Positions 63,473 to 64,000 of a stretch of 64,000 nt of DNA are shown piece after piece. Each line of letters opens with the position of its first letter. Position 1 is the stretch's first letter. This DNA is from Bacteriovoracia bacterium (lineage in GTDB: Bacteria > Bdellovibrionota > UBA1018 > JBFWNL01): NCBI GenBank assembly GCA_050251055.1, contig JBFWNL010000006.1, positions 32,001-96,000 on the forward strand. Direction: 5' to 3'. A program made the position numbers and the translations under genes. The notes under the pieces are model-generated. The model made no database searches, was not told where the DNA came from, and saw only the letters and a program-made list of their open reading frames with translations.

Positions 63473-64000
63473 AGGCGGAGTGGTTAGCGGCATTTCGTCG
63501 CCCCCCCAAGCTTGCGAAGCGGGACATCTTGCTTACGCTGGCGCCGATCGTCGGCATCGTCGCCGCGTTTTTGCTGCGACCGGCGATCATGGATTTTCAA
63601 TGCAAGCATACCCCGGAGGAATGCGCACGCGAGTCGGTGAACTGGCTGGATCGCAAGTCGATGGGCGTCGAGAGCCCGCAAGCCGACTTTTGGTCCGACG
63701 TTTCCCAGAACACCGCCGGGATTTTGGCCGCGACGGTACCGTTAGCGTTGCAGCTCGGCCGCGCGGCGGGCGGGGGCGTGTCCCTGGCCGTGGGACTTGC
63801 CTATGCCGGTACTGATATCTTAATCTTCGTGCAGGCCGCGCTTTGGAATTCCTTCGCCAACGAGATCACTCGGCTGGCCGTGCAGCGGCCGCGGCCGTTC
63901 GTCTATCGCGACCCAGTCACTTTTGGTGGTACCGCTTCGGACTACACGTCATTTTATTCGGGTCATACGAGCTTCGCCACGGTCGCCATGCTTTCGCTCG
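63469..64000 (+). CDS. PAP2-family phosphatase, 3' end runs off the window
   Basis: Not in the ORF track. Manual translation from ATG 63469 (ATGA overlap with ogt) gives ..EITRLAVQRPRPF..SFYSGHTS. Confidence 0.85.
   Translation, partial: MKAEWLAAFRRPPKLAKRDILLTLAPIVGIVAAFLLRPAIMDFQCKHTPEECARESVNWLDRKSMGVESPQADFWSDVSQNTAGILAATVPLALQLGRAAGGGVSLAVGLAYAGTDILIFVQAALWNSFANEITRLAVQRPRPFVYRDPVTFGGTASDYTSFYSGHTSFATVAMLSL

Noticed and set aside
63480-63815. ORF-track calls at the window end
   Set aside because: The supported frame is the PAP2 gene starting at 63469.

Overview
GC-rich, densely coding bacterial chromosome segment. By inference from gene content and order (dnaX-recR-mglA without mglB, short HemA, CFI-box-CTERM protein, solitary mreB, Flp-like pilin) it is probably Bdellovibrionota/Oligoflexia. 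Most of it is housekeeping: hemC(-D)/hemA, rnhA, ileS-lspA-lgt, a Btu-like ABC transporter, galU, priA, lepB, lptG, def-fmt-rpe-hutHUI, rlmE, mreB, amn, a dcw cluster (rsmH to ftsZ) that lacks mraZ, murF and ddl and is broken by two insertions, psd, fabG, an S8 protease, two tandem dksA paralogs, mglA, recR, dnaX and ogt. I saw no rRNA, tRNA, CRISPR array, prophage or IS. The most striking unexplained structure is at about 57.9-58.9 kb (- strand). A sigma54-type promoter precedes a 24-aa leader ORF and a DksA paralog with an altered coiled-coil tip (DxxDxT). The transcript is bracketed by seven hairpins with GGA in their loops, as in CsrA/RsmA sites, and four of them form a Csr/Rsm-like structured 3' RNA. 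Also notable: at least 12 genes have a -10 box only 6-9 nt before the start codon (leaderless or near-leaderless mRNAs), and the S8 protease linker carries a duplicated Cys-bracketed Pro-rich peptide. All calls come from reading motifs by eye; no searches were run.
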